Positions 1 to 8,809 of a DNA stretch of 64,000 nucleotides are shown piece by piece (positions within the stretch are counted from its first letter, which is position 1; every line of letters starts with the position of its first letter). The stretch is from a virus. A program made the position numbers and the translations under genes. A model generated the notes under the pieces. The model was not told the DNA's origin, searched no databases, and saw nothing but the letters and a program-made list of their open reading frames with translations. The stretch is from positions 25,842 to 89,841 of IMG/VR virus record IMGVR_UViG_3300043774_001004; one strand, given 5' to 3'.

Positions 1-42
1 ATTATTCTATTTGAATATATAGACTAAATAATAATATGCGAC

Positions 43-591
43 ATGGCGAATAGAAAAGCATTAATGTTTGATGCAGATAGTTATACACCGGCAAATGACG
101 AATTTTTCAAATGGGATTCAGCTACTGAATCTGTTATACCAACTGTAGGTCCTACAATCTTATCAAATCAGATAACACACACTGGAACTGCAGCAGTAAC
201 TGCGGCATCTTATAATGCTGGAATTAACCATTCTTTTACTATTTCAGGCCATGTTGTGGTTTCTGTAACTACACCAGGCACTGGCGCAACAAATTACGCA
301 ATAGGCAGTAGTTGCTCATGGCATATACCCGCTATAATAGTAGTACATAGCACAGGCGGTTCATATAGTGTAACACCTACAACCTGGAATCTATCAGCAT
401 CAGGTGGTATAGTCCCAACATATGACCAAACCTCTGGTAACCTATTTGCGGATGCTAAACTCGGTCTGTCAGCTGCTTCAGGAATTTTTTATCTAACTTA
501 TACACCTGATACAGGTGCTAACAGTACTATAGCAGGCACTATTGTGAAAATAAACACACAATTGTTAGTTTCTGCTATACAGCTCATTTAA
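43..591 (+). CDS. Hypothetical Thr/Ser/Gly-rich beta protein, probably virion-associated
   Basis: 182-aa ORF, beta-rich composition, preceded by AATATATA (14-21). Confidence 0.5.
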   Translation: MANRKALMFDADSYTPANDEFFKWDSATESVIPTVGPTILSNQITHTGTAAVTAASYNAGINHSFTISGHVVVSVTTPGTGATNYAIGSSCSWHIPAIIVVHSTGGSYSVTPTTWNLSASGGIVPTYDQTSGNLFADAKLGLSAASGIFYLTYTPDTGANSTIAGTIVKINTQLLVSAIQLI

Positions 592-615
592 ACAATTATC
601 TTATTTTAAGTATAT
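589..615 (+). promoter_or_regulatory. Putative phage promoter TAAAC-N17-TATA upstream of tmRNA
   Basis: TAAAC 589-593, 17-nt spacer, TATAT 611-615; same spacing recurs at 7 other sites. Confidence 0.6.
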
Positions 616-624
616 AAATCATAT

Positions 625-1106
625 GTGCCCGACCAGGAATTGATTGGCGGTCGTAGTTCTTTGAGATGCAGGCGGTCTTAGATGGAAAGACCATAATCAC
701 CTATCAAGCCATTAAACGGCAATTCTTATATCACAGCAGAGGGTGACCTCGTACTTGACGGCGTAGCTGTTGAGTTTGCTTCAGAGTTTGCATTAGCAGC
801 CTAAGCACTTGGCGGCAACTGCCAAGCCTTAAACAAAGTTGCACCTCGGGAAAAAGGGTTAAGAGTACCATTTAGAATCACCAGAAACCCTGAGCGAAAG
901 CAACAGTCCACGGAGAAATCCAAGGAGCGCTGTAGTGATTTTGTGAAATTCGGCTTATACCGAAGAGTAGCCTGACTGAGCATTAAGTCTGAAAAGAAAA
1001 AGAAATGCAAAAAAGTTTGTTGATGTCAAACAATCAACTAAGCCTGTGAAAGAGTCCTTAAAATTAACCGAGCAAGACGTGGGTTCGACTCCCACCGGGT
1101 ACACCA
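625..1106 (+). ncRNA. ssrA: tmRNA; tag ORF 718-804 GNSYITAEGDLVLDGVAVEFASEFALAA*
   Basis: Acceptor stem GTGCCCG(625-631)/CGGGTAC(1096-1102) with G3:U70, discriminator A and CCA (1103-1106); T-arm GTGGG-TTCGACT-CCCAC; tag ending ALAA-stop. Confidence 0.93.
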
Positions 1107-1131
1107 AAAGCGATCAAATGATCGCTTTTTT
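1106..1131 (+). terminator. Intrinsic terminator after tmRNA
   Basis: AAAAGCGATCA-AA-TGATCGCTTTTTT hairpin plus U-tract. Confidence 0.85.
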
Positions 1132-1144
1132 CTTGTCCGGCTAC

Positions 1145-1171
1145 TAAACAATACAGCCTTAAACGTTATAA
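1145..1171 (+). promoter_or_regulatory. Putative phage promoter TAAAC-N17-TATAA
   Basis: TAAAC 1145-1149, TATAA 1167-1171; ATG follows after 5 nt. Confidence 0.65.
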
Positions 1172-1176
1172 AAAAC

Positions 1177-1665
1177 ATGAATAAGAGAATCATTTTAGTC
1201 GGTAAAGCTGGATCAGGCAAAGACTTCATGAGAAGGAAGTTAGAATCTAGAAATTTCAAATACGCAACAAGTTATACAACAAGACCTGCAAGAGAAGGTG
1301 AAGTAGAAGGTAAAGACTATTTCTTTATCTCTGAAGAAAAGGCTCAATGGATGATAGAAAATGGTGAGTTCTTTGAGTATGTCCCATTTAATGGTTGGAT
1401 CTATGGTACTACATTAAGTCAATGGAATCAAGAAAATGACGAAAGCGTTTTTATTATGACTCCAACTGGTCTTTCACATGTCGGTCCAGATGACAGAAAA
1501 GAATGCTTTGTAATTTTCGTTGATATCGATAAAGAGGTTAGAAAAGAAAGACTTCTCAACAGAAATATGCCAGGTGATAGCCTTGAACGAAGAATTGAGG
1601 CTGACGAATTGGACTTTGAAGATTTTTCTAATTATGATGTTAGAATTACCAATCCTGATTTCTGA
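1177..1665 (+). CDS. gmk: Guanylate kinase
   Basis: P-loop GKAGSGKD; signature TSYTTRPAREGEVEGKDYFF; YGT. Confidence 0.9.
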   Translation: MNKRIILVGKAGSGKDFMRRKLESRNFKYATSYTTRPAREGEVEGKDYFFISEEKAQWMIENGEFFEYVPFNGWIYGTTLSQWNQENDESVFIMTPTGLSHVGPDDRKECFVIFVDIDKEVRKERLLNRNMPGDSLERRIEADELDFEDFSNYDVRITNPDF

Positions 1666-1690
1666 AACTAAACAAGTAATCTTAATATAA
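1664..1690 (+). promoter_or_regulatory. Putative phage promoter GAAAC-N17-TATAA
   Basis: GAAAC 1664-1668, TATAA 1686-1690. Confidence 0.55.
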
Positions 1691-1706
1691 AAATAAAACA
1701 AATAAA

Positions 1707-2300
1707 ATGGCAAGAAAAGAAAAGATCGAAGCTGCTGAAGTAAATGTTCCGCAGGATGAAACAGTAACACTTAGCATGATTAAAGCAACTGACGCAAAAG
1801 AAATGTCAGATGATGTTTTGAAAGCTGAGCAACAACGCTATAGTGATATGGCAGACAAGTTTGGTCAGTTGACTAAAACTAAAAAGTATGGCATCAAGTT
1901 TGATGATATCAAGGATGCTAAAACGCTTCTTAAGCACTTTGAGAAAAATGTAAAATGGACACATGCTGAAGCTCCACTTTTTGTTGCAGCATATCAAAAG
2001 CTTAAGGATGCAATTACTGAAGGCCTAAGCGAGCAAAATGAATTGTTGATCGATGGTCCATCACTTAATGGCATTTATCAAATCCTTTTGAAAACTGAAG
2101 GTGTTGGTTTCTTTGCAGTTCGTGATTATATGTCACTTCTTACAATGACAGGTGAAGGTATCACCAATGCAATGCGTAACATGATCGAAGATCAAAACAC
2201 ATTGAAGAATATCCATACAAATCTTAGTACACTTGATGATGAAGTTAATGCTCGTCACATGGGTATCGAAGTAGAATCTGTAGAAGAAACACAAAAATAG
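1707..2300 (+). CDS. Hypothetical helical protein
   Basis: 197-aa ORF, no recognised motif. Confidence 0.6.
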   Translation: MARKEKIEAAEVNVPQDETVTLSMIKATDAKEMSDDVLKAEQQRYSDMADKFGQLTKTKKYGIKFDDIKDAKTLLKHFEKNVKWTHAEAPLFVAAYQKLKDAITEGLSEQNELLIDGPSLNGIYQILLKTEGVGFFAVRDYMSLLTMTGEGITNAMRNMIEDQNTLKNIHTNLSTLDDEVNARHMGIEVESVEETQK

Positions 2301-2308
2301 TAATCTAG

Positions 2309-2812
2309 ATGATATTCTTTATTGAAGGCTTGTCAGCCACAGGTAAAACAACTTTAATCAATAAGTATCTAGAAAAATACCCCAATAACGGCGCCATCCG
2401 ATTCAAAGGATCTGGCGCCGTTAACATTGGGATGCAATCGAGATGGCAAGAATATAATTTCTGGATGCATAACATTATTGAAAGAATGGACCAGCTTAAT
2501 GACTACAAAGTCCCATTTCTTTGGGATCGTGGCATTACTGATATCATTTATAGTGAAGATGAGAATTATGCAACAGAACTTTTAAGAGTTGTCAAATCAC
2601 ATATCCGTAAAGCTGTTATCTATATTGATGCTCCACCTTCAACATTAAACAGAAGAATGACTAAAGAAGGTAGTGATATGTCCGAACATGGTCGTAAATA
2701 TGAGCATGTAATTAAAAGTTTTGACATATTAAGAATTACTCTTTCAGGTGATTGTTTGATTACAGAAGAACATGTAGATATGCTTCATGAATATATTATG
2801 TCGAAGATATGA
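2309..2812 (+). CDS. P-loop nucleoside-monophosphate kinase (dTMP-kinase-like)
   Basis: N-terminal IEGLSATGKTT, WDRG motif, lid-like TLNRRM. Confidence 0.75.
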   Translation: MIFFIEGLSATGKTTLINKYLEKYPNNGAIRFKGSGAVNIGMQSRWQEYNFWMHNIIERMDQLNDYKVPFLWDRGITDIIYSEDENYATELLRVVKSHIRKAVIYIDAPPSTLNRRMTKEGSDMSEHGRKYEHVIKSFDILRITLSGDCLITEEHVDMLHEYIMSKI

Positions 2813-4026
2813 GTTTAAAGAAAGACTATAAAGAAATAATTAACAGAATCAATTCACTCAGAAGAATTGAATCATCAGGCGATCTAAATAAAAAGATTAA
2901 GAGAGTCGCAGTTATTCTTACTGGTTCACGTTCTGGTTCTAGTTTAATGAAAGCTGTAGTCTCAAAAAGTAATGATGTTGCATATCTTTCAGGTGAAGAA
3001 GAGCCATTTTTTATCTTAACAGGTAACGGCTTTCCATGGTCTAGTGACAGCGATGGCTTTAACACTATTAAGAATAAGCAAAAGCTTTTAGATAATCTAT
3101 TCGATGATCTAGGTATAAATGATAAGGTATTCAATCTCACGAAGACCCTACATGACTGGCGTAATCGTATACTGTTGCAATTTCCAGATGTCGATTCTGA
3201 TGTGATTGATTATCAGTTACCTAAGTATGTGTCTAAGTTTTATACAGAAGGCACAGACTATACTGAAGCAACACAAAAGATGTTGTTTACTACTTTCAAA
3301 GAAAGGGCAGGACTGTATGATATCTGTGACGGCAGCTATGATTTTATGCTTCAGAAATTCAAAATTGAAGAACCTCCTTTTGTAATCCCACCACAGCGTA
3401 GAAAATTTACAGAATCCGACATTGAAGACAAAGTCCTTGTATTCAAGACACCTCAAGACTGTTACAGAATAGGTATCTTTGAAGAGCTTTTTCCAAATGC
3501 GGATATCAAGTACATACATTTAACAAGAGGCTTTGCCCAAACAATCAATGGGCTTATGGATGGCTGGTTATCAGATACTGGCTTTTTTGCCCATGATGTT
3601 TCTATCATCAATGAGAAATTAAACATTGAAGGCTACTCTGATGTTAAACCTTATGGTAGCAAATGGTGGAAGTTTGACCTGCCTCCAAATTGGAAAGATT
3701 ATAAAGATGCCCCACTTCATGAGGTATGTTTAAATCAATGGCATTCTGCACATACGCATATCTTAAATTCAGGTAAGCAGGTATTGCATATTAGATTTGA
3801 GGATTTCTTAACTGATCCAAACACAACAGCAAATAAGATTACAGATTATCTTGGCATCAATCCTATCAAGATCGATCATATACCTGTAGTAATGGCAACA
3901 GAAAAGCCTGAACAGTTCAGATGGATGAAAAGAAGTGCGCTAATAAATGATCTTTCACAGAGAAAAGAGGTAAAAGAACTAATGGATGCGTTAAAATATA
4001 AAATGGAACCAGAGTTATGGGTGTAA
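2809..4026 (+). CDS. PAPS-dependent sulfotransferase (Sulfotransfer_3-like)
   Basis: 5'-PSB-like TGSRSGSSL; FPNADIKYIHLTR (3'-PB); IRFEDFLTDP...ITDYLGI. Confidence 0.85.
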   Translation: MSLKKDYKEIINRINSLRRIESSGDLNKKIKRVAVILTGSRSGSSLMKAVVSKSNDVAYLSGEEEPFFILTGNGFPWSSDSDGFNTIKNKQKLLDNLFDDLGINDKVFNLTKTLHDWRNRILLQFPDVDSDVIDYQLPKYVSKFYTEGTDYTEATQKMLFTTFKERAGLYDICDGSYDFMLQKFKIEEPPFVIPPQRRKFTESDIEDKVLVFKTPQDCYRIGIFEELFPNADIKYIHLTRGFAQTINGLMDGWLSDTGFFAHDVSIINEKLNIEGYSDVKPYGSKWWKFDLPPNWKDYKDAPLHEVCLNQWHSAHTHILNSGKQVLHIRFEDFLTDPNTTANKITDYLGINPIKIDHIPVVMATEKPEQFRWMKRSALINDLSQRKEVKELMDALKYKMEPELWV

Positions 4027-4997
4027 AAGAAACTAAAAATAAAAGATCTAAGAAAACAAAGGAACAAGAGTCTATTGATAAAGGCGTTGAGCTTTTACAT
4101 GATGTTCCTACTCAACCTCAGCCTGAAACTGAGGAAGAGCCAAATTATTTTAAATACGGATATACCAACGAGTACGATACACTCGTTGCAGCTATGATTC
4201 ATATTCCAAGAAGGAATGAGATTGAGTATTTCGATCCTAAAAAGGCCATGTACAAAAGCATTCCGAATTATGAAAAGCTTTTAGAAGAGGTTGATCAGTA
4301 CAGAACTCTTTTAATGAATCTGGGTATTCAGGTTTACGATGATGTGTATTTCCATGATACAGATTATAACCCATATCCTAACCAGATCTTTATGCGAGAT
4401 CTGGCAGTTATCACGCCAAATGCAATCATCTTAGCCAATCCTAAATACGATATTAGAAAAGGTGAAGAGAGAAACCTATTGGCAACAATGAGAAAATGGG
4501 GTTACTTTGGTCGTGTAATTGAACTTTCAAAAAATACGACAATGGAAGGTGCCGACTTTTTCTGGATATCTGAAAGTGAAGTCCTGGTATCAGTTGGTAA
4601 TAGAACTAGTGAAGATTTTGTAACAACATTTAAGTTCTTTTATCCAAATCTTAAAGTAACAGTTGTTGAAGCTGCTGCTGAAGGTATTCCTCAACATATC
4701 CTAGGTGGCGCACATATTGTTGATAAAGATACAATCATTCAACGCAAATCGATTGTAAAGCATGACCTTGGCTTCAAGAATACAATTTTACTTGAAGAAA
4801 CAGATGAGGTTGTTAATGGCTACGCAATGAATATCCTGACAGTAGGTCCAATGGAAATCATTATGCCATCTGGCAATCCGGAAACCAAGGCAATTTATGA
4901 ATCACATGGTATTAAAGTCCATGAAAGTCCAGCAAAGGAAATCGGTAAAATGGGAGGAGCCTTTGCCTGTATGACACTTCCAATGAAAAGAGGATAA
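4017..4997 (+). CDS. Amidinotransferase / arginine deiminase / DDAH (pentein) family enzyme
   Basis: NEYDTL..AMIHIP, PNQIFMRD, RKGE, EGAD, C-terminal KMGGAFACMTLP with catalytic Cys. Confidence 0.85.
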   Translation: MGVKETKNKRSKKTKEQESIDKGVELLHDVPTQPQPETEEEPNYFKYGYTNEYDTLVAAMIHIPRRNEIEYFDPKKAMYKSIPNYEKLLEEVDQYRTLLMNLGIQVYDDVYFHDTDYNPYPNQIFMRDLAVITPNAIILANPKYDIRKGEERNLLATMRKWGYFGRVIELSKNTTMEGADFFWISESEVLVSVGNRTSEDFVTTFKFFYPNLKVTVVEAAAEGIPQHILGGAHIVDKDTIIQRKSIVKHDLGFKNTILLEETDEVVNGYAMNILTVGPMEIIMPSGNPETKAIYESHGIKVHESPAKEIGKMGGAFACMTLPMKRG

Positions 4998-4999
4998 TT

Positions 5000-5908
5000 A
5001 TGAAAATGAGTTTAAAGTACAATGAAGTTGAAAGTGCTGCAGCAGCATATCAATGGTTTTGTAAATTGATAAATGAAGAAGGTGATTATGTAACCAGCAG
5101 AGGTGAACAGACCAAAGAGGTTTTGAATGCTGGCGTTCTGATCAAGAATATCAGAGATCGTGTTATACCAATCTCTAACTTCAATGAACGTTTCATACTT
5201 CAAGAAACATACGATATCTTAAATGAAAATCAACCCAGGGTTATGCACTCTAAAGAGATGCTAGAAAAAACCATGGGTAATAGCAATAATATCATGTTCT
5301 TTGGTAATGAGATGCGTCAGGCTTTTAGCAGATGGTCGCTTCTTCGTATCAAAACTCTTTTTGAAAAAGATAAGTTCACAAGAAAGGCAATACTAGATTT
5401 AGGTAATAGAAGACCGATTGTGCATGCTCCATGTATGATTTACGCACATTTCATTATCAGAGACAATGCACTACACATGTTGGCTGAAACTAGGGGCACA
5501 GAAGTCTCCATGGGTTTTGTCAATGACATATATTTTTATACGATTATTCAAGAGCTGATGTACAATTGGCTTCTAGAAACCTATCCAGATCTTGAACTTG
5601 GAACTTTCTTATACAAAACTACATCACTTCATTATTTTACAAACAAGGATGGTGGCCCACTTTGGTCACAAGAGTTTATAGAATCTGATAGATCTGGTTA
5701 TATCATAACAGATTTGAAATATTGTGATTATATAGCCGAGATGGGAGTTTTATACCATTATGTCGATGCCTATATGAAAGCAGGTGAAAGAGAAGATGTC
5801 GATGCGGGTATAATTACAACATACAGAGACTTAAAGAATCCCGATTTTAATAATTTTAAGCAAGCTTTTTTCTATAATTGGGCAAAAATACTAACAACAG
5901 ATGAGTGA
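5000..5908 (+). CDS. Divergent thymidylate-synthase-fold protein (dCMP-type)
   Basis: SRGEQTKE, DKFTRKA, APC (catalytic Cys), IRDNAL, RGTEVSMGFVND, SLHYF. Confidence 0.75.
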   Translation: MKMSLKYNEVESAAAAYQWFCKLINEEGDYVTSRGEQTKEVLNAGVLIKNIRDRVIPISNFNERFILQETYDILNENQPRVMHSKEMLEKTMGNSNNIMFFGNEMRQAFSRWSLLRIKTLFEKDKFTRKAILDLGNRRPIVHAPCMIYAHFIIRDNALHMLAETRGTEVSMGFVNDIYFYTIIQELMYNWLLETYPDLELGTFLYKTTSLHYFTNKDGGPLWSQEFIESDRSGYIITDLKYCDYIAEMGVLYHYVDAYMKAGEREDVDAGIITTYRDLKNPDFNNFKQAFFYNWAKILTTDE

Positions 5909-6737
5909 TAAAGGCGGCAATACCAGTGCTTACAAAATTTACCATCAAGGTAAAATGAAATACTTTATCAAATCATTTCAGACAAATGGTTTTGATATCA
6001 GTAGCTTTACTTTTCAAAATTATCTCTACAATAATTTCAAATCAGATCTGAAGATCTGTAAGCCTATTAAGATAGTTTCTGAAAAGTCAAATGAGGTTCA
6101 AATCTATTATGAATATGTCAAGCCTATTGATTGGGAATTGACTGCAGACCGTGTTTCTTTCCTCGGTAAATCATTAGCAGAATTGCATAACTTCTGTTAC
6201 TTAAAGAAAAATGAAATTTCATTACCTGATAAAGTTGCAGTTGTTGCAATGGGTAAATGGCAAGATGTTGAAGATTCATTTGATAAAGAACTTGCAGTCA
6301 GTATCAGAAAGGCAATCTATGATAACTTAAAGCCTTATGATAGAGATCAGATACGCATTCCTCTTCATCGTGACTTTAAGTTACATAACATTATGTTTGA
6401 CGGTGAAAATCTTAATCTGATTGATTTTGATTTTGCAGCTATTGATAATATCGGCATAGAAATAATGTCGTTTATCATAGATTTTTACTATGAAACCAGG
6501 GATCAAAGTTTAGTATCTGATTTTATCAAAGCCTATAAACAAGAATCAAATCTTGACATAAATTGGACATCGGTACTAAATGACTATCTAGTCTATATGT
6601 GCGTTAATACATTTCCTTTCTATATGAGAGGTAGAATTGGAGAACATAACTTCAAGAACCTGCTTACTGAAAGAAATGGCAAACTAAATTTTACATACAT
6701 CAATAAAGATTTCTTATATGAGAGTTTACAGAGGTGA
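5901..6737 (+). CDS. Aminoglycoside-phosphotransferase / choline-kinase-like phosphotransferase
   Basis: LAELH, Brenner motif HRDFKLHN, LIDFD. Confidence 0.8.
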   Translation: MSDKGGNTSAYKIYHQGKMKYFIKSFQTNGFDISSFTFQNYLYNNFKSDLKICKPIKIVSEKSNEVQIYYEYVKPIDWELTADRVSFLGKSLAELHNFCYLKKNEISLPDKVAVVAMGKWQDVEDSFDKELAVSIRKAIYDNLKPYDRDQIRIPLHRDFKLHNIMFDGENLNLIDFDFAAIDNIGIEIMSFIIDFYYETRDQSLVSDFIKAYKQESNLDINWTSVLNDYLVYMCVNTFPFYMRGRIGEHNFKNLLTERNGKLNFTYINKDFLYESLQR

Positions 6738-7590
6738 AACATTTGCAGAAGTTTATAGAAAATCACTTTGGGATCTAATTAACGATCCTGAGCATTCAGT
6801 GTCGCCACGTGGCATGAAAATCAATGAAGTGGTAAACGCAGTTCATGTCGTTGAAGATCCATCTTCTTGTCTTTACTATAATGAAAGACGTAGCAGCCAA
6901 TTGAAATATATTGCAGCAGAAACAGTTTATTACTTTGCTGGTCGTAGAGATCTTGGTTTTATCAAGAAGTTTGCCTCTTTCTGGGAACAGATTGCCAATA
7001 TTGACGCAACTGTCAATTCAGCTTATGGTAATCTAATCTTTACTGAGGTGAATAAGGCAGGTGTTACACAATGGGATTGGGCGTTTCAGTCTCTAGTTAA
7101 AGATAAAGATACTAGACAGGCTATTCTCCTGTTTAATAAGCCAGACTATCAATACTTTGGTAACAAAGACGTGATCTGTACCCTTAATGGTATCTTCAAC
7201 ATCAGAGATAATAAATTGAATTTCACAATTCAGATGCGTTCAAATGATGCCATTCTTGGAACTCCAACTGATTTTGCATTCTTCTGTTTATTACAAATGC
7301 AGATGCTAAAGCTTCTGAAAGAGAAAGCGTATCCTGAATTAGAACTGGGTACATTTACCCATATTGCAAATTCATATCACGTCTATGAAAGGCACTTTGG
7401 TCTAATACAAGACATGCTGTCTGGTTATTTTGAGCCATCTTCATTCGAGCCAATCAACGAAAACTTTATCAATTATGAAGGTAAACCTACTGCAGAATTT
7501 GAAAAGTTAACACATGCTGTTGAATATGGTACATCATACGAAACAGAAGATAAATTATTTAATTGGATATATGAAAAAGCAAGAATCTAA
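6718..7590 (+). CDS. dCMP hydroxymethylase-like thymidylate-synthase-fold enzyme (T4 gp42 type)
   Basis: VNSAYG, DKDTRQA, DVICT, MRSNDAILGTPTD (Asp at specificity position), SYHVYERHF. Confidence 0.85.
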   Translation: MRVYRGETFAEVYRKSLWDLINDPEHSVSPRGMKINEVVNAVHVVEDPSSCLYYNERRSSQLKYIAAETVYYFAGRRDLGFIKKFASFWEQIANIDATVNSAYGNLIFTEVNKAGVTQWDWAFQSLVKDKDTRQAILLFNKPDYQYFGNKDVICTLNGIFNIRDNKLNFTIQMRSNDAILGTPTDFAFFCLLQMQMLKLLKEKAYPELELGTFTHIANSYHVYERHFGLIQDMLSGYFEPSSFEPINENFINYEGKPTAEFEKLTHAVEYGTSYETEDKLFNWIYEKARI

Positions 7591-8089
7591 GTTCTTTGTT
7601 ACCAGTGATACTTTTTTCGGAAGGGTCAATAAAGCCGCTGAAAGGGGCTTTGCAACCGTTGAGGAAATGGATGAGGCCCTTGTCGAAAACTGGAACGCAA
7701 AAGTCGGCAAGGACGATGTTGTCGTACATCTGGGTAATTTTGCATGGACGCCAAATCATGTTGAGGAAATACTAGAAAGACTAAATGGCACCATAATCTT
7801 CTTGCTCGGCGACAGAGATCAGGCTCTCGCAAAAGTTGCTGAAGTTAACGAAGATATAAAATTACAGCAAGAGCAAATCCTAACACATGATAATGTCATA
7901 CTGTCTCACTGGCCACTTGAAATATGGCCAGGCAAAGATAAAGACTTCTATCACTTTCATGGCCACGCTGAACCTGGATTAAGAACAGATATCAAATTGA
8001 TGAAAAGGGTTAACGCATGCTGTGACCATTGGTCTTTAGCGCCGATAGAAATAAAAGACACTATTGATCTTCTAAGTGATTTTATGTAA
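7571..8089 (+). CDS. Calcineurin-like phosphoesterase with degenerate metal ligands
   Basis: SDTFFG, LGNF, GDRD, LSHWP, HGH against canonical SDxHFG, GDF, GNHD; start chosen at ATG 7571. Confidence 0.7.
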   Translation: MKKQESKFFVTSDTFFGRVNKAAERGFATVEEMDEALVENWNAKVGKDDVVVHLGNFAWTPNHVEEILERLNGTIIFLLGDRDQALAKVAEVNEDIKLQQEQILTHDNVILSHWPLEIWPGKDKDFYHFHGHAEPGLRTDIKLMKRVNACCDHWSLAPIEIKDTIDLLSDFM

Positions 8090-8154
8090 AGTTTTCAGCA
8101 AAAGACTATATGTTTATGTTTTTTGTTGTTATATTTACACTATACATAAAATAT

Positions 8155-8790
8155 ATGACAGAAACTACAAAAAATCTGATGCTTGACTTTCAAGCAACTA
8201 AAACCCACTCATCATTTACTAAACTTTATAAGAAGCTTGCGCCAAGCCTTAAAAACTACATCAGAGGTATTGTAAAAGACCAAGATGTAACTGAAGATCT
8301 TCTGGCTAATACGTTTGCCAAAATCTATACCAAGATCGACCAATATGACCCACAATGGCAAGCTTCTACTTGGTCATATACTATCGCCCATCGTGAATGC
8401 CTACGTTGGATTAAAAAAGAAAGAAATACCCGAGTTTCGCTTTCATACTTTAATGAAAACGGCTCAGATGTAGTTTCAGATGATGATGTTGTATCAATCA
8501 GCAACAGCAATAATAGTAAAATTGAAGTTGAAAATTACAAAACTGAAGATCAATGGCTTGATGAAGATCGTCAGTTAAACGAACAGTTTGATTTTGCAAT
8601 TGAGTCAATACAAAATCTGAAACCAATGTATCGTGAAATCCTGACAGACAACCTGATCAAAGGCATGAAGTATCGTGAAATTGCCGATAAACATAAATTA
8701 CCTTTGCAGACTATTAAAAACCGCATTCGCCGTGCCAAGCAACTGGTAGCTGAAAGCTTAACAGGTGAATTTGGTGAAATCGATATATAA
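8155..8790 (+). CDS. ECF-type sigma-70 family RNA polymerase sigma factor
   Basis: Region 2 EDLLANTFAKIY..STWSYTIA; region 4 GMKYREIADKHKLPLQTIKNRIRRAK. Confidence 0.88.
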   Translation: MTETTKNLMLDFQATKTHSSFTKLYKKLAPSLKNYIRGIVKDQDVTEDLLANTFAKIYTKIDQYDPQWQASTWSYTIAHRECLRWIKKERNTRVSLSYFNENGSDVVSDDDVVSISNSNNSKIEVENYKTEDQWLDEDRQLNEQFDFAIESIQNLKPMYREILTDNLIKGMKYREIADKHKLPLQTIKNRIRRAKQLVAESLTGEFGEIDI

Positions 8791-8809
8791 AATGTAAAAA
8801 ATCAAACCC

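Noticed and set aside
1060-1106. Stand-alone tRNA
   Set aside because: The T-arm and CCA pair with 625-631, so this is the tmRNA tRNA-like domain; no anticodon arm.
801-1259. Minus-strand ORFs 801-1010 and 1038-1259
   Set aside because: Antisense to tmRNA and gmk; spurious.
2809-7590. Secondary-metabolite cluster (amidinotransferase, sulfotransferase and APS kinase as in cyanotoxins; CMP hydroxymethylase as in mildiomycin)
   Set aside because: No PKS/NRPS, nucleotide hydrolase or exporter; phage context and the NMP kinase favour DNA precursor synthesis, though a small-molecule product is not formally excluded.
6718-7590. Calling this gene thyA
   Set aside because: Asp rather than Asn at the specificity position and gp42-like motifs.
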